From the NCBI RefSeq assembly GCF_018977255.1, contig NW_024704951.1:1-64000 (forward strand): a DNA stretch of 64,000 bases, given 5' to 3'. Position 1 is the first letter of the stretch; every line of letters begins with the position of its first letter. Source of the DNA: Callorhinchus milii. Its lineage: Eukaryota. Below are positions 15,001-26,968 of the stretch, piece after piece. The notes beneath the pieces were generated by a model. It searched no databases and was not told the origin of the DNA. It saw only the letters and a list, made by a program, of their open reading frames with translations. The translations under genes and the position numbers were made by a program.

Positions 15001-18000
15001 GTCAATGGTAAGTCTGTGTTAACGACGCGCTAAGAATGAGTCAAAACAAAGTACAAATGGAACGTGAATAAATACGAGTCTTTCGGGGCATTCGGTCGTA
15101 GGGCGCATTCTGAGCTAACGTTCACTATACAGAGAGGACGGGTTAGCTTGTGTACCGACAAGGTTTTCGTTTCAATTGGATATTGCGCACAATCTGTTAC
15201 CGACACAGATGGCCTGGCTGATAGTAGGAGCGCCCATCGTCCATCCCGGTTCTGAGTGACCGCTACGCTACGGAGAATGTACGGCAAACTCCTCTAGTTT
15301 CCTATGATGAATAGGCAAGGCAGTCAAAGAACACTACGCGTGTAACATAACACGGTCGAGTCCGATTTAGAAAGGATTCCGTCGGCGACATTTTCCAGGG
15401 ATGACCCGTTCATTAATTGAGTCCTGGCATGGGGGTCAGGCACAGAACCAGAGTTAAGAGACTTTCGTTGAGCGGTGCTGTGGGAGTATGCCCGCTGGCC
15501 AGCTGAACAGCCCCATATAAGGCGTCCCCCAGCATTGGAACGTATACGTCCATTTCCAGTCCACGTAAGTGGCAGCGCCGCTACACAAACAATCTTCAGG
15601 GCTGTACTTCGCCCCCTGTTTCGGGGTTTCATTTGGGCTCTTGCATTTCAGTTTCGTGCGGAGGCGCGCTCCACTATACGGAGCTCAGATGGACGCTGGA
15701 CACGCACCCTATTCGCGCGGGGTCTACCAATATTCCTAGTTAGTAAAGTCCCCCGAGCATCCATACCGCGTTAAGCTCATAACTCATACGGCACGCTTTG
15801 TGAAACCAATTTAAGTGATTTCTCGAGTTTTGTACTGCTAAGTTCACATGCTAGTCCATGCATCCGAAAAGAGACACTTACTGTATAATATAGCGGAACC
15901 ACTTGACCGCGATAGCCCCACTATCCAGCTTCGTTAGTTATGGAGACAAAGACTCGTTGTAGTTTAATAGTGTACTCATAGGGTAGACAGGGTAAACTGC
16001 TCAGCTGTTGAAAGCTCTAGAGGAACGACCTCATGACGTCGGCAGCTCTGGCGACGGCCGGGCTGGTAGCACCTTCATGGCAAAGGGTAGCTTCTCAAAG
16101 CGAACAGCTACGCAGATTAGAATCGTTCAAGCCGTAGGAACATTAGGTCACGGAACTTGGCTCGGGGGAACCCCCGGCGTGTCATGCTTATCGTTAAGGG
16201 CACTCAAATATTTTAGATACTTCGGATGCCTATGCGCCACCGTATGTGGGGTAAAACCATTAAGCATCGGGTAATGTAGGGTGACCTTGTCCTGATCCCT
16301 AGACTGTTGTCCTTGGGTTACGCCAGACGAAAAAACCCTTCTTGAGTGGCTGATCTTATCTTAGTAATAGAGGGGAGGGGAGATCCCGTCTCCATGACTG
16401 CTGCAACTCCGTTCTAACTAGCCTATGCCTCTCAGTTATTTAACGGGTAGCCATGGTGAATGCGTCCCTGAGACCCGGGCATGGAAATAATACGTAAAGA
16501 ATACCACCTTTCCGGTCAGCCAAGGTGCATAAGTGCTCTATTTAAGGTTCAAGATCCGGTCAGGGTATAATCCCTTTAATCTAAACGAATACTAGCGTCT
16601 CAGATTTAAGTCTGGGCTGCGGAACCAATCGTCCGCAAGTCTCATGAATGCCCAGTCCTGGGCCCAGGCTCTTCTAGGGTCGAAACATGGCCACTGACTG
16701 TAGACCCAAATAAGCTCCGTTCGAACCTTTCTTTCTTATAGTCCGCGTATCGCGCATAGCGAACGCAACGGATGTGGTAATTTACGTCGATGAGGGGTTA
16801 ACTCCTTCGTGTATTGTTGTTACATCAGTCAAATGAAACAACTCACACAGGTGTGATCATTTGTAGTTATACAGCTAATCTTCACGGACTGGGGAATAAT
16901 GATTAACTGTGCTCGTAACTATACGATGAGTACGACACCATTGGCGTTGTTGTTGCCTATATTCGAGTGATGTCATACTTATCCTCAAGGTTCTATAAAT
17001 TGTACGGTTCTAAACGTTGGACCGCGTGCTCTGGTGAGCCGCTACTCTATTTGCTTCCTATATCGCTAAGTCTAGCCGATTAATCTCGCTATCCTTACCG
17101 TCATATCAGCTGTCCGTAAATATCGAATTAATGTCCAGCGATAGTGTGTTACTTGTGGGTCTCGCTTGGGACGATACACAGGCGTTCCCCCGGATTAAGG
17201 TTACCATTCTTCTGCTAGGTCATATCTTAGGGACGAGAAGAAAGAGGGGCTATAACATGATGGCGATCCAGAATAGACCACTGATACCCACAAAACATAC
17301 TACGATGTCACGCCTTGGGTTGGGGGGGGTCGGAGTGGGAGCCTACCATCAATGTGCGTTCAGTCCTGTTCTTGAACTGCATTAGTAACGCCCATAGAGC
17401 GAGGCTACCCCGGTTCAACATGGATGAAGACTAGCGGAGTGCACGGTGTCCGGGAGTCATTATGGGGAGTCTCTTCGTACCACCTACTGCTCTATGATGC
17501 ATCATGAGAGATATGTGAGGGATATGGGATAAGAAAGCAGTGGTAGGGTCGTTCCCTGTTCGCACCGTTCCTGCTTCCACTTCTCCCCTGCGTGAAGGGT
17601 GTATCGCCCGCGCGCAATTTGCGACACTGTAAATTCTGAAATCGCGCGAACTCAAGATACCGTCATAAATACGAAAGCCACCAGTTTAAGGTGGTCACTA
17701 ATATACGGTTTACCCTTTAGCTCATTTAAGCCCCCAGTCGGTCGATAGCGCAAAAAAGGGTGTATGTCTCACTCGGAAACAGATATCAAGCGAGTTATAT
17801 GGAGTCTTTCTTGTCCTAGAATGGCTAGTGATGGACTACAGGTGAGCTATTTCAGACACAAGGTGATTGTGGCTTGCCCATAGGCGTTAGGATCTTGAAC
17901 TGATAAATATGTGGAAGAATGACAAGTAAGGGACACTCTTTCTAACCTCGAGCGTGCCGGATAGCACGCGGACGGTCCGGGAAGACGAGACCGGTGATAA

Positions 18001-21000
18001 GGATGCCGGGGTTCCTATGACAACGAACCCCACGGCGAATTACACCAACTACGTGTGCGCATGGACTCCTATCTGAGGCCCATCCGGTTAAATCGACGAT
18101 CGCAGCAGCCCGTAGCCATGAAAAGTATCTTACTCGTTCACCTCCCAGGGCACGTAATACCCCCGACCTCGATGTTAGGCACAACATGGGCATTGATCAA
18201 AGCCTCCCAGGACATTCGCGACAGCACCCCATTCCCGAGGTAGAATTTGGCATTAGTTCAGCGGAGAGCGATAGAGGGACGTCCAATTTTCCGATAGTTC
18301 TGTCTATTTCCTGGTCGCCCAGTATTTAGTTAGTGATAGTACTCACCACTCTGCGGTGAAGTTCACGTCCCGGTTGAGTTGGGAAAAGCTGCCCGATGGT
18401 TGCGCCCCGGCGTGTTAAGTCTTGGTGGGACGTCCAGCCGTCTCTGTGAGATATCACCTAGGGAGTAGGCATTGACGCCTTAGCGAATGGATTTGGCAAC
18501 AGGTGGCAAATCCGCCTCATATTCCTGTAAATTTAAAAGGCGGCCATTACCACATCCTCCGTAGGATTTCGATGTTCAGTTATAATGGCTTCCCGTATCC
18601 ATAGGTCTCTTAAAGTCGTATATGTTAATGTGCCTGGGCCATAGCCAGTTGAATGATAGCACACCCGGGGTGTGTCAATTATCTAAGTGCGAACCCCCAC
18701 GGCCTGAGTAATAGTCATTCGAGTTCCGTACCAGCCAGCAGCACCGTAGCCATGGCGAGTGTAAGTTACACAGAGGGAGCGATGCTCACTAGGTGATGCC
18801 ATCCTAGCAAACGAAGTGGAATAGCACGCGTGGGGCAAAGTTGCCCGGCGACTTTTTGTCAAGCCCAATACTTTTCAATGTCCAGTTAGATCAGATGCAT
18901 GGATCAGGCGTTGGGAACAGCGGCATTCATCAGTACGTTGTGCCAAGTACAAAGCTGCGGTAACGTCAACGAGCCGTAGAACAAGGAAGCATAAATCGTT
19001 CGACACTCGGGGTACAAGGTGGAGACGTAAGAAGTCTTTCTTTCGCGCTAGTGGTAATCTAAGGCCTAACGCGACAGGGAAACACTGCAATTATACCGGA
19101 AGAGTCAAATCTAAGCGGAATTAGACTACAAAACGATTATGCGGCCGGTTACAGTGGTGTGAGAGAACGTGCGCGTCATAGTGTTGGGAGTTACCTGTAA
19201 CTTGTCGAATCGATCTGGGGCCTAGTGGGCCAAGATACCCCCAGTCTTGCACTGGTAAGGTCAGTTGAATGCATTCCGTGCGATTGGAGTCGGCGATCGA
19301 AAAAACTTCACTATTTAGTCGGATGTGTGCACCCAGTCGCCAAGAATATGTGCTCCCTGGCAACCCCGGATCCGAATCTTCCATCCGTTGGCGCGGACAG
19401 GGGAAGTCACGACAACACCCTACGTCAGGGCGGATATCAAGGCGGTGAGCAACTTCAATGTGGCATAGGCCTTTCCATACAGCCAAGTACTTCGCGATAC
19501 TATAGTTTGTCTAGATAATTAAGGAACCTTTAAAGGCTCATGACAACCCTGCGCCCCTCATAGCCTGCACGGAGGTGTTGGGTGAATAATCAATTATCGA
19601 TAGAAAAGAAGGGCAGGATGTCCTAAGAATCTCGTATTGGTAAGTTCGACTGTCGTTAGACTTGCGCACCCTCCGTCAGACAGCAGGGCCCCCTAGCGGC
19701 GGGGACATAACATAATCATTATGGGGCCGTGAAAGATTAGAACAAAGCCGAAGCTCACATTCTTCGAAACAGACATTAAAATTAACGCTATCCCCACCGG
19801 GCAGCATGTTAGTCTAATATTGCTCTAGTAATCCGGTTCATACAGAGAACGAGTGCATCATCCAGCTACACAACGCTCCGAGTTGAGTATTTCCTAGCCT
19901 GAACTGTTTGCGCAGAGTCCTTGGCGGTACATATAACATGCTCAACAATCCTAAGGCCTTGCATCTACCCTCGGTCTAGTGATTTGCCGCTCTATGTCTT
20001 CCCCAAGCTAAACAAAACTCCGGGGGTTTCCCCCACGCATCGATACTTCGGGTATCAACACCTGCTCTAGAGCCGGGAATATTTATTGGACAACTTGCGA
20101 TTGTAAGAGCCTAGCCTTAGTCACGGAATGATATCTTGGCGGCGTAAGTACTTCGAAGGAACCATGTGCATGAAATCGGGTTATCGGACCTGTACGCGTG
20201 TAAATGGGAACTTTCGGCCAGGAGACACCCAACTCGTTGCTTTGCTCAGTCACGCATCTTCGCTATGGCCCGGGTAGTATTCTGATTACGGTTCGGGTAG
20301 TTCCCGCCTAGATCTGAGCAATCTACCCCCGAGACCCCTAGGGCCACAATAACTAGGAATAGGGTAGCCTTCTGAATAGGAGTCATCATGTCTCCAAGAA
20401 GAATGTGGTAAATTCCCAAATTGAATGCAAGAGTGTCCAGCGGACTCATAAAACGTGTAGCCCTTTGGTGACGGAAGATACCGACTTTGCCCACGAACAG
20501 ATAACGATTCGCTGCTCATGGAGCACTGAGACTGTTCCCGAACACAAGCCACATTTTCTCGAAGGTGGAGAGCTTATCAAGTATTGCTACATTGACAACA
20601 ATGTACTCAATAAAACTTCTATCTATAAATAGTTAGCCAACTGTGCGGCGCGACGGACTCATAACGCGGATCATCTTGCGGCTATGTCACGCCGAGGTCG
20701 GTCGTCCCCGCCACCACTCGAACAATGATGATGCTCTGATCGCAATCCTTAAATATTTGACCACAGGTGACGGGGTATTGCCATCTGCTAAGACTGCACC
20801 TGACTCCATCCGTACCATTTGACACTTCCTGTATCATCTCCCAAATACTATTCAAGTTCTATAGAACGGATGTTTTAATAGCAAGTAAGCTTGCATGTCA
20901 TGGAACTTTCCCAAGGTTCCAAGGGGAGTCCACTCTAGGAACCTCTTTCTAATGATTATCGTTTCAACTGGTAGATGGTCATTACGACTAAGTATATAAA

Positions 21001-24000
21001 AGTTTCACGACTTAGAGGTTTCCGCTATGGCACAAAATTCAATGGCGCTGCGCACAGTGCTGTATGAACGAGAGTTAGTATGACACAGCGTACTTATTTA
21101 AGATCGTTCGCCGCAGATATGCTTTCACCAAGCACGAACTAAAGCAGCACGCAGCATTTTGACCCGTTGTTGATGATCGTGGTCACAGATCCCCGCACGG
21201 TGAGCAAGGAGTCTTGATAATGTCTATGGAGCAGACTCAGTGACACTTCGCGTGTACTCAAAATCTCTGTTTAGGTCGCCTCCACCAACAAGCCCAGATT
21301 CGTCCACGTATCCGCCACAATTGGGTAGTTTGACGGATTAGGAAGGTATGCTGGCAGGGATGAATAGTATTATGAAATCCCGACATATCAGGATTTTATC
21401 CCTGCGACAGGCCTCTAAAGCCACGATCTCACACCATGGCTAGGACGCAAACCTGAATATCTGGCAGTTCAGGAAATTTAGTTGTTCTCTGTATGGAGAG
21501 TTGTAATTTTGCCGCCATTTCAGAGAGGACCATAATACCAAGTAACTCGCTCGTAGTCTGCTACGAATTGATTGTCTGAGTAAAATCATCCATCCATGAG
21601 TCGGACTTTCGAATTGCGCCCGGCGACATTGTAAAGTGCTGGAACGGCGGTAAATCCGTTCTCCTCCGTAGGGAGTTTTAACCCGGGCAACCTAGCAGTC
21701 CAGTGCTTAGCGTAGAACTTAGGCGCCATAATAGGATACACGGGTATCCCTAACAACGATCAGTGTGGCCAAGGTTTAAGTAAACCTGAGTAGTGCTTGC
21801 AGCACCCGGGTCTCATTACGGGCAAGTAGATAATAGCAAGTAGTAGATTTAGAGTAGCTGTATTGTAGGAGGTATAGACATGTCGTTGGTGGGCTTGAAA
21901 AGTCCATTGACCATTTTTAGGTAATGTGACGCAATCGTCATTTGGCTTAAGCATAACGAGTGTAATGATAGGACCACCAAACGTAGCTGTTGCTGGATAG
22001 TTCCCTAACTCGCCGGTGTAATCTATGGAAAACTTCTCAGCCATTGAAAGAGCTAGTCAGCGACACAATCACGGTGTTACGATTCTATGGAGCCGTACTG
22101 TAATCGTAGTACTCGGTGAGATAAAAACGCAGTACGTTGTGATCCAGCTCGGCCTCTATGCTTAGACACCCTTTACGCGCCGCGCCCTTACCACGCTTCT
22201 ATAGGCGAGTGTAACTGCACTGGCGGGAACACCCAGCGTGAGGCTGCTCCCAACTTTTCAAGAATGTTTTTGCGTTATCTTCCGGCACAAATGGGCTCTA
22301 GCGTAATGCCGTTAACCGTTATTTGATCGCCCAACTTCGGACGCCGCTGTATCTACTTCTTAACTACGCATTTGTCCGGTGGTACGGAAAGGAGTGGCCT
22401 TTCCTTAAGTTATATGAAGGGCGATCAATTTACGCATGTCACATTAAGGTTGGAAATGGAGCGTAAGCCGAGGTGTACCAATTGAGACAAGGAACGGGTC
22501 TCCCGCGGAAGTTCTCGATGATTGAACTCGAAAAGAATATAGGGCTTTTATACCGTTTGGTCGCTTAGCTGTGCCGAGAACTCGACACGTTTAATTCAAA
22601 TAACCCGGTATGTCTGTTACATAATACGAGTATTTACATGATGTGAAGGTCTGGCGTCTTGATATCCGATTCCTATGGGTATGGTGTATCTCAGAGACGG
22701 TTAGTACACTGGAACTGATGGGCCGGTTCATTTATACAACACTACCCTGTCTCGAACGAGCAGGTAATCTCACACTGCGTTTCCTGGACCCCTTGACGAC
22801 GTAAGATTACTGCTAGGACCAAGTATGCGGAGTCCCACTATAATTAATACGACCCCCCACGGCGGCTAATAACCCAGCTACTCTTACGGTGAATGAGCGA
22901 TTCAAGCTGCTCGTGCAATGCGCACGACGAGTTAGCAATTGGATGGACCAGCCGAGTGACTCTTTATCACCCCCCTCATCCGGGTACTAATCCAGGATGA
23001 GAACCCTGTACAACGTATACACTCATCCGAAAATCGATAATGGGAGAATTTTCCAACAATGGTCCGGTTGCGGGTTCGATCTGAGCTGTAGCCTAGATGG
23101 GCGCCGGACAGTGACATAGGGGAATACAGTGGGATCACGGTTTCGAGTATAAATATGATTACCACGCCTAAGAATGTCGTCGCGACCTGAGAAGCCAGGT
23201 TCTAACCGATCTCAGGGTCCAGTCGGTGGCGTTTTTATCGTTGTTAGGTAGTACATAGTACTTTTTACGGAGAAATGAGGCAACACCTATCGTTCTGACG
23301 GCTAACTTCGGGTTTATTAGAGTCTCTGCAGACAGTATACGTTAGTTAAGAATTAAGCACATTACCTGAACTGCGAGGCCGACTTTGGGCCCTAGCGTTA
23401 GCTCTTAGGATATTGTCTCAGTTATTACCACCTATTTGGACAGACCATCACCAGGCTCTGGCGTGCAATCGCAAACAGTTGTCCGGTAGTCAATGAAACG
23501 AGAACGCGATATTTGGGAGGATAGGGAGCTATCAATATTCAACAAGGAATCCAGTCTAATCCTGGTACGGGGCACATTTCCGGACCTATCTGAACGGAAA
23601 ATCCTATAACCCCCAATCGCTATCCCGAAGTGGGTCTCCAATACCCGACACGGGCCGTGATATTCACATGATGTGACAGCTTTAAAGGAGGCAGATTGAG
23701 CTCAATTATTCTTCAGGGCGTACTTAAACCACCTGATCCGACACAAATATAAGTTCCCCTTCTCCAAGGTCGTCGCAGAAGCGCAGTAGTGATATTCCGT
23801 GCTAACACCGGCCCAGCCGCTTAGCTCCAAAGTCTTATCTTAGAAGGTTTAGTGACCTACTCAGCGGCTTGAGATTAGTTCCAAGGTAGTGCAGTGTCTT
23901 AGTTGGGACAACATTCCATGCGTGCAAGTAGGCGGCGGTTTTGATGTGCTGAGGTTATTATGAGCATCGGGGGCGTGCTCTGCGCCTTGAATGTCGGTAT

Positions 24001-24923
24001 ACAAAGGTTGTCAGTGACATTCATGTCGCGGGCAGGGATATTTACCTGCACGATGATAGACTCGCTCATGCTGTGTGAGCTAAAATGGTTTATGATGATA
24101 GTTTACCAGACCGTAGCGTGGGTAGCAAGCGGGTGCGGAGAACCGAGTGTACACATCAACTTCAGGCATAGCCGCCAGCTCGGACCTTGCTACTTTGTCT
24201 ACCGACCTTAGCTCAAAATAGGGGGAAGACAGAACTTTCTCATGACGTTGCGAAACCCTATGTGAGTTGGATGGAGTGGAGGGCGGATAAACTCGAAGAG
24301 GACGCAGGAGGGCGACCTATATAGTAATCTGAACGACTTACAATTCGGGATATCACGGTAATTCCTACGTATTTGTCGCTGGGAAGCAACACTGCAGGTG
24401 TGCCGTTAAAAGCTCACTAGAAGAGCCCGTATTCATCGTGACGGAAGAAGATTCAGATTCCTAAGCGACAACTCTCTAGCAGGATGGCGGATTCCACACG
24501 GTTGCGATGCGAAATACCTAAGCATCATCTAACACCCCCAGAATCAACAGAGTTAAGTCCGCCGCTGGAAGCTAGAGACCGTAGTTTGGCCCATACAGTT
24601 GGCGCCCGAGGATCCCTTCAGATTTTAAACGCGCTTATAGGGCAGGAACTTGGGACTTCTCAGAGAAATTGTTGGATGCGAGCGCTTGCTATTATACCGA
24701 GATTGCCCTGTCTCTGCCATGTCTTTTCATGCATAGAGTAAACACACCTGCCCCTCACGATTGAAACCTCGCAGATTGGTATCGTGACTTCCACTTAGAG
24801 TCAAGTACCACTTGACCTCGGCGATAGCATACAGATGTACAAAATCAGCATGGAACATAAAAGGTTGACTCCGGGTAATGAGCGTTAGAGTGTCGAGGGA
24901 TATAGTTATCCCCGTGCCCATGC
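1..24923. other. Random-like sequence with no supportable features (probable filler or replaced assembly gap)
   Basis: Near-uniform composition, abundant CpG and TpA, no homopolymer or microsatellite tracts, and only short ORFs (max 189 aa) with no recognisable motifs. It switches abruptly at ~24924 into the middle of a repeat unit. Confidence 0.8.
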
Positions 24924-24964
24924 AATGCACTACAGTACTTGTTTCGATTGTGATGTGAATTTTA

Positions 24965-25030
24965 TATTCTTATTCTTGGTTCTTTCGGTAAAGTCACGTA
25001 GAAGGGAAATAATAAAATAATAATAAAAAA
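24965..25030 (-). mobile_element. Penelope-like terminal fragment (also ~33895, ~42635, ~51275)
   Basis: TTCTTGGTTCTTTCGGTAAAGTCACGTAGAAGGGAAATAATAAAAT, the same motif found in the hammerhead-bearing insertions. Confidence 0.65.
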
Positions 25031-25399
25031 CGATAAATATGCCTCGAAGCCCTATGTTAATCCAAAACTCGAAGCATACAATTTCGGTTGTCTGACTAGA
25101 AAATGAATATTTATGAAAGCTAAATTCAGCTAACAAAGCAAAGGGTGTTGAAAATAATACTGTTTGTATTATGCATAAATTAATGTTCAAACGAAACTTA
25201 GAGGTGTGAAGCCAGGCTTAAGTATTGAATATCGCACTTTTAGCTTTCGCTCAGCAATTTCCAAGAAGGTAATTTATTTTCTGTCGATCGAGTACAGAAG
25301 AGGAGTACGGATTTTTAGCGGAAACTCGATTTCTGCATTTTTATATAATTAATGCCTATAGTATCATAAAGAGGCTTGGGGCTTTTGGTTGTTTGTTTC

Positions 25400-25883
25400 G
25401 GGTCCAGTTCCACTTGTTGGAGACTCAGTGGAACGTAGACCCTAGATGTAGACGAAGGTTTCTTAAGGTTGAACAACAACGCCGGTTCCTCTGGGGGACC
25501 CGGCTTATATTCTCTGCGGTTTGGCTGGCTCCCTCCCTTGGCCACGACCACTTTCCAGAATCCTCGAGCAGGATCTGGACCTCGACCACGTGACCACCCC
25601 TAGCCCCCACTTGGGGCCCTTCGTAGACTTAACTGGTCACGTGTCCTCTCGGGTCAACCAGAGTGCCATGGCCTTTAGTAACCTCATTCCTACGGCCGTC
25701 ACTCCCACACCCTATCCTGTAGGGCCAGCACTGCATGCCAAGCGTGGTGCCATCCTGCGCTATCAATCAGCGCTCTAGGGCTGGTACGACACCCACCATA
25801 GTGGTATCCGCGATGTCGTTACACCGCACGCCGTGCCTCTCGAGGGCCAGCACGACACAGTGACATCCCGCGATGTCACTAGA
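25400..25883 (-). mobile_element. Truncated solo LTR (copies in units 2-4)
   Basis: Homologous to the right-hand ~470 bp of the complete LTR at 59614-60250; ends in GTCACTAGA (from TCACTACA). Confidence 0.7.
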
Positions 25884-25925
25884 TCTGTAAGAGTTTATCT
25901 GTGGGGAGCGGTGGCGCAGTTATTA

Positions 25926-26221
25926 CACTGTGTAACAAAAAAACATTTTTGTTCCTGGGTAGTGTTATTTCCTCATTGCCTATTCCTCAAAAGTACAGAT
26001 TATTCCCCACAAACTTTGCTTTTTTGATCAGGACAGTGATATTTTGAAATTTACCTATTTTCAATGAGAAAACGGGCTAATTTGTGTCTTTTCGTTCACA
26101 TAAAGTCCTGGTCACAAAAGCAAAGTTTGTGGGGAATAATAGCGATTTTGTATACTTTTTAGGCATACGCAATTAAAAAATAACACTTTGTACACAGGAA
26201 CAAAAATTGTGTTACATAGTA
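25926..26221. mobile_element. ~300-bp palindromic MITE, TA-flanked on the left (copies in all five units)
   Basis: CACTGTGTAACA...TTTTTGTTCCTG pairs with CAGGAACAAAAATTGTGTTACATAGT. Internal arms TATTCCCCACAAACTTTGCTTTT / AAAAGCAAAGTTTGTGGGGAATA also pair. It appears to interrupt a tRNA-SINE head (GTGGGGAGCGGTGGCGCAG at ~25901). Confidence 0.7.
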
Positions 26222-26968
26222 TTATTACTGTATTATGAATTCAATAATTTGAGTTTGATTATCTCCGACAACAAACGTGATTGATAAGTGAAAACTTAAC
26301 TTCTTGTGGGTCTCGGCTATGTTGATTGATCTTCAATTAATTACTTGGTGAAGTGAGAGAAGCATTCATATTGAGCAGATGAAGGTGGCCAGGCATGGTT
26401 CTGGACACACCACCACCTTTTTACCATGCCAGTGTGTAACAGTGTCAAGTTTGTATTTGCAGTAAAGTATATTAACTCTATTGAACACGGAGGTTAAATC
26501 AAAACAATAGTTTATTTTAGTTTTCCTTTGGAACTTTTTACGAAAATGAACACGACACATATGCAGCTGAAGTTAGTTCTGTTCATCCCAGCATTCAAGG
26601 AAATCTGAGCCTGGCTTCACACCTCTAAGTTTCGTTTGAACATTAATTTATGCATAATACAAACAGTATTATTTTCAACACCCTTTGCTTTGTTAGCTGA
26701 ATTTAGCTTTCATAAATATTCATTTTCTAGTCAGACAATCGAAATTGTATGCTTCGAGTTTTGGGTTAACATAGGGCTTCGAGGCATATTTATGACTATT
26801 TGCCCTCATTGTTTGTCATAACAGCCCGTGTGATGAATTTGGGAATATTAATAAGTATAGACGTGTAAGTCATATGTGCCTCGATACTTACGTAGATGGT
26901 GTGGATATTCTCTTTTTTCTGTCTGCAGCTGACGCTTCCTCTGACGCTTCCTCTGCAGAATTGGTCTG

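Larger units (their letters stand above)
25033..26793. repeat. 186-bp inverted repeat pair (25033-25218 / 26608-26793), present in units 1-4
   Basis: ATAAATATGCCTCGAAGCC...GAAGCCAGGCT is the reverse complement of AGCCTGGCTTC...GGCTTCGAGGCATATTTAT. The mirrored ORFs 24930-25190(-) and 26636-26821(+) confirm it. Confidence 0.92.

Noticed and set aside
8759-15446. Identical peptide SVPDPHAR in two minus-strand ORFs (~8759-8782 and ~15423-15446) with different codons
   Set aside because: Flanks do not align and I saw no third copy. A rough estimate gives about 0.2 chance 8-aa matches in a six-frame self-comparison of 25 kb, so chance is adequate. A TBLASTX self-search finding more copies would reopen it.
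25033-26793. Intact 1.76-kb TIR transposon
   Set aside because: No TSD or transposase, and the older paralog has only one arm, so a local inverted duplication explains it better.
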